Below are positions 47,282 through 56,497 of a stretch of DNA of 64,000 bases, one piece after another. The DNA comes from an uncultured virus (IMG/VR IMGVR_UViG_3300020037_002893) (Duplodnaviria; Heunggongvirae; Uroviricota; Caudoviricetes): the IMG/VR virus record IMGVR_UViG_3300020037_002893; one strand, written 5' to 3'. Made by a program: the position numbers and the translations under genes. Within the stretch, counting starts at the first letter, position 1; each line of letters begins with the position of its first letter. The notes beneath the pieces are model-generated. The model searched no databases, was not told the origin of the DNA, and was given only the letters and a program-made list of their open reading frames with translations.

Positions 47282-48550
47282 TCATTCATCCTCTGATTCC
47301 CACTCCGGGAACTTGTCTGGAATATCCACTCGGACCTTCCTCCTGCTTGCCTGCTTGGAGAGTGCCTCAAGGGATGCCTTCCGGCGCTCCCTCTCCAGAT
47401 TGATTCTCTCAGCCGTGAGTCGTCTCAGATCGTCTCCTGACGCTTTTGATGGGGTTTCCCCCTGTGCATCCTCTTGAGCTGCCCTAGCCACTGCCTCGGG
47501 TCGGGAGAGGCCAAGCGAGAGAAGTTGCGCCACCCTTACCTCGGTCCAGGATAGTGATGTGCCGAGCTTCTGCTTACGCTTCCCGTATGCCTCCGCAAAT
47601 CGACCGTGAAACTTGCCAAGGAAGAACCAGATAGATGGCGCCTGTGGAGCCTCCTTCATCCAGCCGAACTCTCGCACCATGAAGGAAGACCAATGCTCAA
47701 TCACAAAGCAAAGGAAAAGGGCGAAGGTATCCCCGGACGGGTAAGCATCATTCCACAGCCTCTGCTTCTGCCAGAGTGCGGAGGACTCCCGGATCGAAAG
47801 CGGCAAAGAGGAGGCATCCGGATGGAAGGCACGAAGCGTGGAAAGCCACAAGGCGGAAATATCTTTCTTGTTCAAAAGACGGACAGCTTTCCTGGCCTCC
47901 CGCTTTCCTTCCTTCCGCTTCTGTATTTCTTGTGCCATCTCTTTTACTTCTGCCAGCCCTACGCGAGTCGCCTGCGGCTCGCAACTCCCTTCGGCTTCTT
48001 CTCTTTTCTCCTTCTTCCCTTTCTTATTACTTCTTAGGGGGTTCATTTTGACCCCCCCAGGGGGTTCATTTTGACCCCCCCCTGGGGGTTCATTTTGACC
48101 CCCCTCTTGATGGTATTCTTCGTCTGTTTTTGCAAACGTTTTCAAACGCTTTGGAGTGGTCAACATCTCGGGTGGGTTCCAGCTCAGATTGATTTCATAG
48201 TAGGGGGTGCCCTGCCTTACTTCGCTTTCCGAATCGTAGCGAAGGATAATTCCGCTGTTCAACATACTGGAAATACTCCGCTTGATGGTGGAGTCTGACA
48301 GTCCCGTGCCCCGATGAAAGAATCTTCCATCGTGCCCTTGGACACCGTCCCGGAACTGTTTTCTTGATATTTGCTCCGCTGCCTTGTTCCAACCAAAGGT
48401 CCGGTCGAAGATGAAGGCAAGAAGGGATAGCTCCGCAGGAGAGATGTGTCGTGTCCAGTTGCGAGAGATATACCGCCACCAGTCTCTTTGATTGATCGGA
48501 TTGTTGTGCTTGACGGGTGGCTTCTTATCGGGTAGGTTTTCATTGTCCAT
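47282..48550 (-). CDS. replication initiator (lambda O-like wHTH N-terminus)
   Basis: I..RT.GW.K....IS..QF..G, TGLS..TI.R....L...G.I; internal iterons. Confidence 0.75.
   Translation of the reverse strand: MDNENLPDKKPPVKHNNPINQRDWWRYISRNWTRHISPAELSLLAFIFDRTFGWNKAAEQISRKQFRDGVQGHDGRFFHRGTGLSDSTIKRSISSMLNSGIILRYDSESEVRQGTPYYEINLSWNPPEMLTTPKRLKTFAKTDEEYHQEGGQNEPPGGGQNEPPGGVKMNPLRSNKKGKKEKREEAEGSCEPQATRVGLAEVKEMAQEIQKRKEGKREARKAVRLLNKKDISALWLSTLRAFHPDASSLPLSIRESSALWQKQRLWNDAYPSGDTFALFLCFVIEHWSSFMVREFGWMKEAPQAPSIWFFLGKFHGRFAEAYGKRKQKLGTSLSWTEVRVAQLLSLGLSRPEAVARAAQEDAQGETPSKASGDDLRRLTAERINLERERRKASLEALSKQASRRKVRVDIPDKFPEWESEDE
48037..48103. repeat. three 20-bp iterons, putative replication origin
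   Basis: GGGGGTTCATTTTGACCCCC at 48037, 48060 and 48084, next to a pyrimidine/AT-rich tract. Confidence 0.8.
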
Positions 48551-48580
48551 CTGCTAGCTGATTCCTGACCTTGCTTGTTT

Positions 48581-48631
48581 GTTGAGATTCCGGCTGGCCT
48601 CCTTTCACCAGGAGGTCAGCCGCTTCTTTTT
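48581..48631. terminator. intrinsic terminator-like hairpin
   Basis: GGCTGGCCTCCT...AGGAGGTCAGCC followed by a T-run. Confidence 0.5.
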
Positions 48632-48802
48632 ACCCTAATGGGTAGATCATCGTCCAAGCCCGTGCTGCTACCCAGAGAGAGGCAGCGATGAGCAGGGCTG
48701 CGAGGCATACTGCCAGGAGCAAGATTACCCCTGTGAACAGGCAGGCGTAGACGTTTCGCCTATCCTCCCCCGTCCTTGGTCGTGGCGGATGGTGAGTGTG
48801 CA

Positions 48803-49030
48803 TCAGTTTCTACCTCCATTGTTGATCTTCTTCCCGTCGAACCTCCCAGACATGACACCCCCTCCGAACAGTTTAATCTCCGGCTTCTCCTGCCTGTCCA
48901 CGCTCTCGTTGTTTGCGGACAGTGCCTTCTCGATGGCCTTCGTGACATCCTTGCAGGACGTGCCCGTGAACCCTTGCGCGTCGATGGTTGGCCTTCCGCA
49001 CGGGTCGATAGTGATGGTGATGGTCTTCAT
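48803..49030 (-). CDS. DUF2997-like protein
   Basis: I.I.I...G....A.GF.G.SC...T..IE.AL. Confidence 0.75.
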   Translation of the reverse strand: MKTITITIDPCGRPTIDAQGFTGTSCKDVTKAIEKALSANNESVDRQEKPEIKLFGGGVMSGRFDGKKINNGGRN

Positions 49031-49064
49031 TTTGGTTTTCTCTTTGAGCTGTTCTGTTGATTGG

Positions 49065-49595
49065 TTACTTCACACCGAGGCGAAGCTGGATGTTCCCGTT
49101 CTTGTCCTTGGTCGTCCCGAGAACGTTGTGTCCCGCCTTCACTGCCGCGTTGATTGCCGCGTGCTTGGTGTATCCCTGCATGAGCTTGCCGATGGAGTGT
49201 AGCGTCTGCTCCGTATCGTCCCTTCGGCCCGACCAGTGCTCCGCCTTCCCGGCAAAGGGAGCGCCGAGAAACCGCTTGATGGCCCCCCTTCCCTTTTTGC
49301 TAAGCGGGTTGGGACCGGGGCTTCCGTAGTCGTCGAAGACGGGAGTATATCCTCCCGCTGCATCGTCCTTGACCAGTCCAATATCAAAGTAAGAATCTTG
49401 GACCCGGATGACATAGTCGCAGACATCGGACTTCAAGCCCATGTGCTTCTGGAGTTGATCCTGGTAATACATCCGGGGAATAGCGTTCTCCTCCAGCGTG
49501 ATGTTGACCCCCTCATTGCGGAGTTCCTCGATTGCCTTCTTGAGTGCGGGGATGTCCTTGATGGGAACGGTCTTGACTTGGGTGGTATGACTCAT
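49065..49595 (-). CDS. DUF1257 / Ycf35-like protein
   Basis: MSH.T..KT..I.D...L..A..EL, DIG, D.Y, L.Q.Y and A...G motifs. Confidence 0.75.
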   Translation of the reverse strand: MSHTTQVKTVPIKDIPALKKAIEELRNEGVNITLEENAIPRMYYQDQLQKHMGLKSDVCDYVIRVQDSYFDIGLVKDDAAGGYTPVFDDYGSPGPNPLSKKGRGAIKRFLGAPFAGKAEHWSGRRDDTEQTLHSIGKLMQGYTKHAAINAAVKAGHNVLGTTKDKNGNIQLRLGVK

Positions 49596-49623
49596 TTGCT
49601 TGGTTGTTTGTTGGTTGCTTTGC

Positions 49624-49983
49624 TTAGTTGGAAAGAACTCCTGAGAGTTGAAGTGATTGGATGACGGCAATCTCTGCGGCCACGGCATCCTCATAGTCTG
49701 CGAAGTAGAACGTGCTGTCGTCCCCTATCAGAGACTCGCGGCGAAGGGAGCCACCAAAGTCCTCCGGGTCAACGTCCGAATTGGAGAACGTGCCCTCCGA
49801 CCAGACACCACCCGCAGAATCTGCCCAGCGAATATACCACTTCTGGGTAGGTTGATACCATTCGATTAGTGTCTCCCTTTTGATCTCTGCCTCGCCGAAC
49901 TGGCGAAGGTCGAGTCCCTGTCCCCGCTTGTGCTGTAACCCAAAAATGGAGCCGTCTGGATGAATTGTGATGACCTGTTGCAT
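49624..49983 (-). CDS. hypothetical protein
   Basis: I.PDG.I..L, IE......W, F..Y.DA..AE; leaderless-type promoter. Confidence 0.55.
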   Translation of the reverse strand: MQQVITIHPDGSIFGLQHKRGQGLDLRQFGEAEIKRETLIEWYQPTQKWYIRWADSAGGVWSEGTFSNSDVDPEDFGGSLRRESLIGDDSTFYFADYEDAVAAEIAVIQSLQLSGVLSN

Positions 49984-50071
49984 GGCTTATAAGATAATCC
50001 TTTTTTGCGGTAAGTAAAGAAGAAGAACTTCCTAGGGGGTTCAGAAGATTTTTCTGCCTTAGATATTGTCC

Positions 50072-50746
50072 CTACTTGGGGAGGACGATCCGGCGACGTG
50101 GGCCATATACTGCTCGGGTTTCCTTCTCTCCTGTCTCCGTGTTGACATAGGTAAGGATTTCCAAGGGCTCGGGGACTACCACACGAGCTGGCTGGATCTC
50201 ATCGAAGACCACCCCGGAATCCTCCAGGCAGTCTGGATCGAAAGAAGCACGATATGTTGTCGGGGTATAGTATCCCATCGAGAGGGCCTCCTCAAGGGAG
50301 ATCCTGTGAAGCCTCCCGAGGGATTCCAGAACATTCACATTGGACTGTGGCGCCTGCCCTGTTGGGACCAGTATCTTGGTAAGTGCTCCACCTTCCAGAG
50401 CTTGGAAGAGGAAACTACACGCCTGGGGGAACTGTCCCAATCCCCTCCGCTTGTGGTAGCACTTGAGAAAGAGCCCTTCCTGAACTTGGAACGTGGCTCG
50501 GGTGATCTCTCCTCCCATCTTGGCATCCCTATCGCTCAAGGAAGCCGAACGACTATAGGAGCCACGGAGAAGCTCCACCCCGAAGCCAGGAGTCTTCGAG
50601 GCCACCCCGATTTGAAGCTCCCTCTTCTTAACCTCCCGGACCTCCGGGTTGTAGACGAACCATTGCGTTGATGAGGAGAACTGGTTTCCGGTTTCAGTGC
50701 CGTATTGGAGGACGAGCGTTACCTTGACTTTCATAGTAGCATTCAT
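50072..50746 (-). CDS. hypothetical protein
   Basis: Ends RRRIVLPK. Confidence 0.55.
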   Translation of the reverse strand: MNATMKVKVTLVLQYGTETGNQFSSSTQWFVYNPEVREVKKRELQIGVASKTPGFGVELLRGSYSRSASLSDRDAKMGGEITRATFQVQEGLFLKCYHKRRGLGQFPQACSFLFQALEGGALTKILVPTGQAPQSNVNVLESLGRLHRISLEEALSMGYYTPTTYRASFDPDCLEDSGVVFDEIQPARVVVPEPLEILTYVNTETGEKETRAVYGPRRRIVLPK

Positions 50747-50781
50747 GGGCTTAGTTTGGATGAGATTTTTTGCAAACGTTT

Positions 50782-51492
50782 TCAAGCCTCGTCATCAAGG
50801 GAGACTCTCCTGCGTGAGGGCTTCGGCTTGGTGGGGAAGATGGTTCCATCTTCCGCCTCCGATTCAATGTTGCTGGACGCTGGCCTCGCATTCTGCTCGG
50901 CCCACCGTCGCATCGCGGCGAAGTCCTCTGCGAAGGCATCCTTGATCGGGACACTGTTGCGAAGCTCCGCAAGGATGAGATCCCCGGTGAGGGTAACTCC
51001 TTCGTGAAAGGCAGTCGTGACGGCTGCGTTTACTGCGGCCTCAAGCTCTGCCCCGACATAGCCTTTGCTCTCCTGAATGACCTTGCCAAGCTTAGTAACC
51101 TTGGAAGGGTTATGATTCCTTTTGGTAATGTGGATAGAAAGGATTTCAGCTCGCTCAACCGAGTTGGGGGGAGCGATGTTGAACAGCTCCTCCAAGCGTC
51201 CCTTGCGGAGCAGCTCGGGAGGTAGGCTGTCAACCCGATTGGCTGTGAACACCCAGAAGATGTTTTTCGTGGACTCTGCCATGTGGGTAAGGAGAGATCC
51301 CATGACCCTGCGGGAGGTTCCCGAATCTCCCCCTGCTTGGCGAGGGTCGAGCCCTGCCTTGTCAATCTCGTCGATCCACGCCACGCAGTTGTGGCTGACG
51401 AATCCATTCGAGATATAAGTATTCGGGAAATCGCACGCGAGATCATAGACTTCCTGCGGGGTTTCCATTCTGATGATGCTTTTAATTTTCAT
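50782..51492 (-). CDS. AAA ATPase C-terminal half preceded by a 35-aa C-intein (split intein)
   Basis: MKIKSI...VYDL....N.Y.SNGFVSHN|CVAWIDEIDK (Walker B), TAN, LPPELLRKGR. Confidence 0.92.
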   Translation of the reverse strand: MKIKSIIRMETPQEVYDLACDFPNTYISNGFVSHNCVAWIDEIDKAGLDPRQAGGDSGTSRRVMGSLLTHMAESTKNIFWVFTANRVDSLPPELLRKGRLEELFNIAPPNSVERAEILSIHITKRNHNPSKVTKLGKVIQESKGYVGAELEAAVNAAVTTAFHEGVTLTGDLILAELRNSVPIKDAFAEDFAAMRRWAEQNARPASSNIESEAEDGTIFPTKPKPSRRRVSLDDEA

Positions 51493-52412
51493 GGTTTGGC
51501 GTGTTTTGGTTGATTGCTAGTAGAGAGAGTTTTGCGATCATCCCATTTGAGGATGTTCTTGCGGGCGCGGATAACGGTATAGGTGAGGCCAAGGGCAAGG
51601 CAACGCGGGTCGCGGGACCACTCAGCCATGGATTTGACTTCGCCACGAAAGGCAAGGCGGCGGGCTCTGGAACTTCCCGACGATACTTCGCGGCGACTGC
51701 CCCAAAGGCAGTTGTGCCACGAGTAACCTGCGGTCTTATATTTGCGGCAGAGCGCGGCACCTTTGGGCCGCTCGCCCATATCGGAAAGAAACTGCTCGAA
51801 AGAGTTCCATGATGGGTCGAAGGGAACCCGTAAATGTTTGGCATCGCGCCGGGCAACCGCCCACGCCTTCCAAGTTGAGGAACCGGAGGCTCCGTGGGTG
51901 AGTGCCGGGGTATGCTCCCGGAGGTAGTCGTGCGGGATGCAACCGCACGAAGTGGTGGTTTTGGTTAGGCGCATGGTGGTGACTTTACCGCAATCGCACC
52001 GGCATACCCATTTAACGGAACCGGAATGCTCGTCCCGTGTCATGGAGTCCTGTAAAACCAACAACCGGCCAAAGCGGCGACCCACAAGGCGGGAAGAGCG
52101 ATGGATTGGCTTACCGCCGCTCTTCCCTCCCCTTGTGATATTGTAGCCCGTCTGGATGGTTCCATGCTCGGCAATCAAACGGACTTCCTCGGCGTAACAT
52201 TCGGAAACGCTACCGCGAAATACCACCTCGACCGAGAAGGCCCCTGCCCCGTGCTTTTGCAAGGCACGGAACATTTTGTGGCATGAGGACTTTTTCATAT
52301 GGCCGCGCAGGCGTTTGATTAGGTTCGTGGTGACCCCGTAGTAGGATTGGCCGGTGGCATCATGCGTCAGGCGATATACAACTGCCGCACTCTTCGTGCC
52401 GAACGATGTCAT
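51489..52412 (-). CDS. free-standing homing endonuclease (GIY-YIG plus degenerate HNH/zinc-finger domain) between the split-intein halves
   Basis: VY.L......YYG.T..L.KR...H, E..LI and GYN; G.RFGRL.V, W.C.CDCG, SCGC, F..F..DMG.RP, NC.W. Confidence 0.85.
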   Translation of the reverse strand: MTSFGTKSAAVVYRLTHDATGQSYYGVTTNLIKRLRGHMKKSSCHKMFRALQKHGAGAFSVEVVFRGSVSECYAEEVRLIAEHGTIQTGYNITRGGKSGGKPIHRSSRLVGRRFGRLLVLQDSMTRDEHSGSVKWVCRCDCGKVTTMRLTKTTTSCGCIPHDYLREHTPALTHGASGSSTWKAWAVARRDAKHLRVPFDPSWNSFEQFLSDMGERPKGAALCRKYKTAGYSWHNCLWGSRREVSSGSSRARRLAFRGEVKSMAEWSRDPRCLALGLTYTVIRARKNILKWDDRKTLSTSNQPKHAKP

Positions 52413-53730
52413 CCCCTTCACGAAGGTGTTTGGCTTCGCGCCATTCAAGCGACCCGTCTGGATTGCGGATAAGAAATTTGTGTTCATCGGTTACGCGGAT
52501 CAAATTATCCGATTCATCCACAATTTCAAGAACTGTTTTTGAGCCTCTCGGAATCCACCCATGCACGCGGCTTTCAACCCGCTCACCGGACTCATCCACG
52601 GTGGCGATTTGCAAACCTTGCAAATCCCCTTCGGGTTGGATTGCGCCGCGAAGGTCATCGACCGTGCGCTCCGATCCATCGGCCATCAGAATTTTAGTAT
52701 CCCCGGTCACGCAAGGAGCCATGGCGTCCAGCATCATCAGAGCGGCACGGACCTTGCCTTCCGTCTCACCGACAAGGCTACCGAAGACCCGCGACACATC
52801 GAGCCTGATGAGAGGCATCCCCAAGATGTGAGCAACGCATCTTACTGCGATACTCTTCCCTGTCCCCGGCACGCCAACCAACATCGTTCCCTTGGGGGGG
52901 CGAACCCCGAATTGCTTAGCCTCCGGGGTGAACGCTTTCCGGCTTTTCTGGAGCCATGCCTTGAAGAGGTCCAGCCCCCCGAGAGATGCGGGATCAAGGG
53001 AATAGTGCAATTCAAGGACTTCGCTCCTCTTGATGATTTCCGTCTTGGCTTCCATGACCACCCGGCAGAAGTCAGGCACAGGAGTATCGGGCCACGTACC
53101 CGCGTTCTTGACAATGGCGCGGGCCATGATGTTCTCAGCTTCCAAGGAAGTCATGCCGATAGCGGAGTTGACGATAACTTCCTTTTCCTCTTTGGAATAA
53201 GCCGGGATGTCAGTCTCAGACACGGACTTCACCGTCCGCTCGTAGCTCTCAAGGATCTCCTCCCGTGTGGGAAGTTCAAAGTCGAGGATGCTAACATGAT
53301 GGGTAAGCGTCTCCGGGATGGAGAACGTTGGAGGGACAATCAGAATGAGACGGTGTCCCGTGTCGCAGTAAGTGCGAGCGGCCTCCTTGATAGAGCGAAG
53401 GAGGGCAGGATGATCGGCCACCACGAAGTCGGTATCCATCATGGCGTAGATGCCGGGGGGGAGGGGCGCGGCTCCGGCGTTCTCCGTATCTTGAACCATT
53501 CCCAGGGCGGAGAACGGGTCCACGGTCCCGTCGCAGATTCTCCTCCCTGCCTGCTCCTGGACCCATCCATCACGGCAATTCCAGAACCTAAAGGCGATTG
53601 AATGCTGATGCGCGAAATCCTCAAGGGAGAGAAGGCATCGCGCCTCCTCCTTGGTCCGGGTGATGATTACTCCAACGCTTGCGTAATGCAACGTGGCCAG
53701 CTCTGCGAGGTATGCGTTTTTTGATGTCAT
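52360..53730 (-). CDS. Ycf46-like AAA ATPase N-terminal half plus 117-aa N-intein
   Basis: GGL...K.WL, PKG..L.GVPGTGKS (Walker A), VGE.E; AP|CVTGDT.I.M.DG and VT.EH.F. Confidence 0.92.
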   Translation of the reverse strand: MTSKNAYLAELATLHYASVGVIITRTKEEARCLLSLEDFAHQHSIAFRFWNCRDGWVQEQAGRRICDGTVDPFSALGMVQDTENAGAAPLPPGIYAMMDTDFVVADHPALLRSIKEAARTYCDTGHRLILIVPPTFSIPETLTHHVSILDFELPTREEILESYERTVKSVSETDIPAYSKEEKEVIVNSAIGMTSLEAENIMARAIVKNAGTWPDTPVPDFCRVVMEAKTEIIKRSEVLELHYSLDPASLGGLDLFKAWLQKSRKAFTPEAKQFGVRPPKGTMLVGVPGTGKSIAVRCVAHILGMPLIRLDVSRVFGSLVGETEGKVRAALMMLDAMAPCVTGDTKILMADGSERTVDDLRGAIQPEGDLQGLQIATVDESGERVESRVHGWIPRGSKTVLEIVDESDNLIRVTDEHKFLIRNPDGSLEWREAKHLREGDDIVRHEECGSCISPDA

Positions 53731-53805
53731 GGCTATATGCTTGGATAGACTAATAATATAACTCTTTTTTGGGTAAAGTAAACGACTGCTTTTTTGCAAA
53801 CGTTT

Positions 53806-54033
53806 TCAAAGGACGAAGTCCTCAAGGTGGTGGTGGGGGTAGGGCACCGGATGCTCAAGGGTTCCACGCTCAGTGCGGATAATGAGGAACCAGTGGGTTT
53901 CGTTCTCAGCAGTGTGGGAAAATTTGATGTTGACGTATTCCCCCTGCCGGACCTTCTGGCAACCTATGGTTGCCTTGGCAGATTGGTAAAGGGGAGCCTT
54001 GCCTGCGAAATGCGGGTCGTCTGAAATATCCAT
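53806..54033 (-). CDS. hypothetical protein
   Basis: Stop supplied by the repeated motif. Confidence 0.45.
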   Translation of the reverse strand: MDISDDPHFAGKAPLYQSAKATIGCQKVRQGEYVNIKFSHTAENETHWFLIIRTERGTLEHPVPYPHHHLEDFVL

Positions 54034-54066
54034 GGCTTATTTTAGTTGGGGTTGGGGTTGGGATTA

Positions 54067-54972
54067 GAGCCTGTTCTGAATTTTTTATGCGGTATTCCGA
54101 AAATTAACTTGTACTTTGGTAATTGTGGCGCATCAGGTTGTTGATGAACCGCAAACGGATCACCTATCCCACAAATTACCCCAGCGACTGCACTGATGAC
54201 CAATGGGAGTTCTGTGCGCCTTACCTCTGTTTGATGACTGAAGACGCCGCCCAGCGGCGCCATTGTCTGAGGGGCGTGTTTAACGCGCTGAGATATTTGG
54301 TCAAAACTGGCTGCCCCTGGAGGTATTTGCCCTCCGACCTCCCACCATTCTCGATCGTTTACCAACAGGCTGAGAGATGGGTCCAGTCGGGGGTCTTCGA
54401 AGCCATGGCTGATGATTTGCGCAAGCTCATCAGGGCCCTCGATCAAAGGAACCTCAACCCTTCGGCCATGATTGTGGATGGGAGAACGATTCAGTCCATG
54501 CCTGAAAGCGGTCCCCGAGCCGGATACGATGGCTACAAGAGAAAGAAAGGATCAAAGGTCCACGTGGCCGTAGACACGTTGGGGAACCTGCTGGCGGTCG
54601 TGGTGACCCCCGCCAATGAGCAGGAACGTCATCAGGTGGGAGAACTCTGCGACCAGGTGCAGGAAGCTTGCGGTCAAAGCGTGCAAATTTCGTATGCTGG
54701 CCAAGGATATACCGGAGACGAAGCTCGGGAACAATGTGAACAAAGAGGGATCGAACTGATCGTGGTAAAGCTGCCCAAGATGGAGGGAGAGAAGAAGTTC
54801 GTTCTCTTGCCCAAACGTTGGGTAGTCGAACGCAGCTTCGCCTGGCTAAACCGATTTCGCAGATTGGCCAGAGACTATGAACGCATGGCCGACCACCTCG
54901 CCGGATACCACTGGGTCGCCGCCATCATGCTCGCACTGAACTCTTTGTTGCCTTAAAGTTCAGAACAGGCTC
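54067..54972 (+). mobile_element. IS5-family insertion sequence (906 bp)
   Basis: 14-bp terminal inverted repeats GAGCCTGTTCTGAA; TA target duplication at 54065-66 and 54973-74. Confidence 0.93.
54144..54956 (+). CDS. IS5-family DDE transposase, probably inactive
   Basis: YPSD.TD..W, TGC.WR.LP, IVD, K.H..VDT.G, RWVVERSF.W; the expected ADxGY reads AGQGY. Confidence 0.9.
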   Translation: MNRKRITYPTNYPSDCTDDQWEFCAPYLCLMTEDAAQRRHCLRGVFNALRYLVKTGCPWRYLPSDLPPFSIVYQQAERWVQSGVFEAMADDLRKLIRALDQRNLNPSAMIVDGRTIQSMPESGPRAGYDGYKRKKGSKVHVAVDTLGNLLAVVVTPANEQERHQVGELCDQVQEACGQSVQISYAGQGYTGDEAREQCEQRGIELIVVKLPKMEGEKKFVLLPKRWVVERSFAWLNRFRRLARDYERMADHLAGYHWVAAIMLALNSLLP

Positions 54973-55424
54973 TAGAAAGAGGCGAGTGCCTTGGCGGCTG
55001 AGCCGCGACGGGCAATGAGAACCTTGGCTTCGGCCTTGGGGCCTGCGAGGCTCCTACGCGTGCATTTACGGACATGAGCCACAATGTCCTCGGCCTTCAC
55101 GCCATGGTTGACGTAGGCCGCAACGGCCTTGGCGAAGACCGGGAGGCTCCTGGTGCCCCGGCTGCTATTGCAGCGAGAGCAGCATGTCACCAGGTTGGTT
55201 TCTGCGTTGGTGCCCCCCTTGGCGTGGGGAACGACGTGGTCGAGGGTGAGCTTGGCTCCCCCTTCGACCGTGTCGCCACAGTAGGCGCAGGAGCAGCCAT
55301 CGCGCAGGTAGATAGCCAGCCGTTTTTCTTGGCGAATCCAATTCATACCCATCCACTGCTCTGCGCGACTGCCCTTGTCGGGCTTGGCGGTGCGATTGGT
55401 GGTGGTGGCTGGTTTCTTCTGCAT
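54972..55424 (-). CDS. HNH endonuclease
   Basis: RDG..C.YCG, LTLDHV.P..KGG.N...NLV.CC..CN. Confidence 0.9.
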   Translation of the reverse strand: MQKKPATTTNRTAKPDKGSRAEQWMGMNWIRQEKRLAIYLRDGCSCAYCGDTVEGGAKLTLDHVVPHAKGGTNAETNLVTCCSRCNSSRGTRSLPVFAKAVAAYVNHGVKAEDIVAHVRKCTRRSLAGPKAEAKVLIARRGSAAKALASF

Positions 55425-55680
55425 GTTTGGAGATTAATCCTTTTTTTGCTAATGGTAAAGCTAAAAGATGATATTTCGTGAAAAAAGTCTGGGAATCCAG
55501 TAAAATAAAGGGTTCCAGCGTGTTGGTTTTAACTCTTTTTTGGCTCAACTAAGCCTAAAAACCCTAGCAAAAACGGTTAAAATGGCCCTTTTTGGCCGTA
55601 TGTGGGCACAAAAAAGCCCTTCCGGGTGATGGAGGGGCTTTTTAACCTGAATGTTGGCTTACATTTGCAAACGTTTTCAA
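55425..55680. repeat. 256-bp AT-rich direct repeat, copy 1 (promoter + terminator + operator-like motif)
   Basis: Matches 60905-61160 with 3 mismatches by eye. Confidence 0.92.
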
Positions 55681-55871
55681 GGGAGCCTCTTTCGTTTACT
55701 CTTGAACCTAAGCATAACCATCCAGAGCCATGGGCCACACACGAACGCGAGGAACTTTTCCATGATCCGGTGGAGGAGGTAGGGTGAGCGAAGGTAAACG
55801 CCGAAGATAAGCCTGCCTATTACAGTCCAACATAGAAGGAAGGTAACTGCGTAAACTATCAACGTTGTCAT
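55677..55871 (-). CDS. small membrane protein
   Basis: Hydrophobic; stop lies within the repeated motif. Confidence 0.45.
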   Translation of the reverse strand: MTTLIVYAVTFLLCWTVIGRLIFGVYLRSPYLLHRIMEKFLAFVCGPWLWMVMLRFKSKRKRLP

Positions 55872-56497
55872 TGCTTACTCTCCTCTGTTGTTCTGCGTCC
55901 CATCAGGATGCCATTCGAGAGTTTGTATTCGACACCATCCTCCGTTGGTTTGGGACATTGACAGGCTTCCGAATAGTCTAGGCCGCAAATAGAGCAGATG
56001 TCACCCAGCTCCCCGCTCTCTTCATCGTAGCCGAGGCAGTCTACCTCAAAACTTACTCTCTTCCATCCAGAGTCTCCCTGGAGTTGGATTCTGGGAAGCC
56101 TGTCTTGCTTCGCCTCATTGAACGTTTGATTCATTGCCAGATTATTCCATCTGTGGAAGTGGGCGAGGTAGCTCCTCCATCCTGCATGGTAATTGTTCAC
56201 GGTCACATCAAGGTCGGCATTGTGATTGTGGACGATCCCTTGATGATGTCCCGCGCAGAGCATGACCCCGTTGTCAAGCCGCAAGGCCAAGGCAGGGTAT
56301 AGGCTCTTTGGCCTGATGTGGTGCGCCTGTAGTTGTGCCAGCCGATAGAACACTTCCTCCCCGCAAAGGGCACAGACACCCATCGTGGGAGATCCTGGAG
56401 AGGGGAGTGTTGGGCGGGAGTCCCGGAGGAGAAGCAGCCTTCGCCACTTCGTCAGGTAGTAGTCTGTCGCCTCTGCGATGATGGCAGTCTCTTTCAT
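55868..56497 (-). CDS. HNH-like protein with extra C-terminal Cys-rich domain
   Basis: C.LCG, L.AHHI.P, NG..LC..HH. Confidence 0.7.
   Translation of the reverse strand: MKETAIIAEATDYYLTKWRRLLLLRDSRPTLPSPGSPTMGVCALCGEEVFYRLAQLQAHHIRPKSLYPALALRLDNGVMLCAGHHQGIVHNHNADLDVTVNNYHAGWRSYLAHFHRWNNLAMNQTFNEAKQDRLPRIQLQGDSGWKRVSFEVDCLGYDEESGELGDICSICGLDYSEACQCPKPTEDGVEYKLSNGILMGRRTTEESKQ

Noticed and set aside
52608..52624. Degenerate motif copy TTTGCAAACCTTGCAAA within IntN
   Set aside because: Lacks the central CG and the spacing; probably coding coincidence
54045..54064. GGGTTG x3 microrepeat, G-quadruplex-like
   Set aside because: Very short; consistent with the C/A-rich leaders seen before many minus-strand genes
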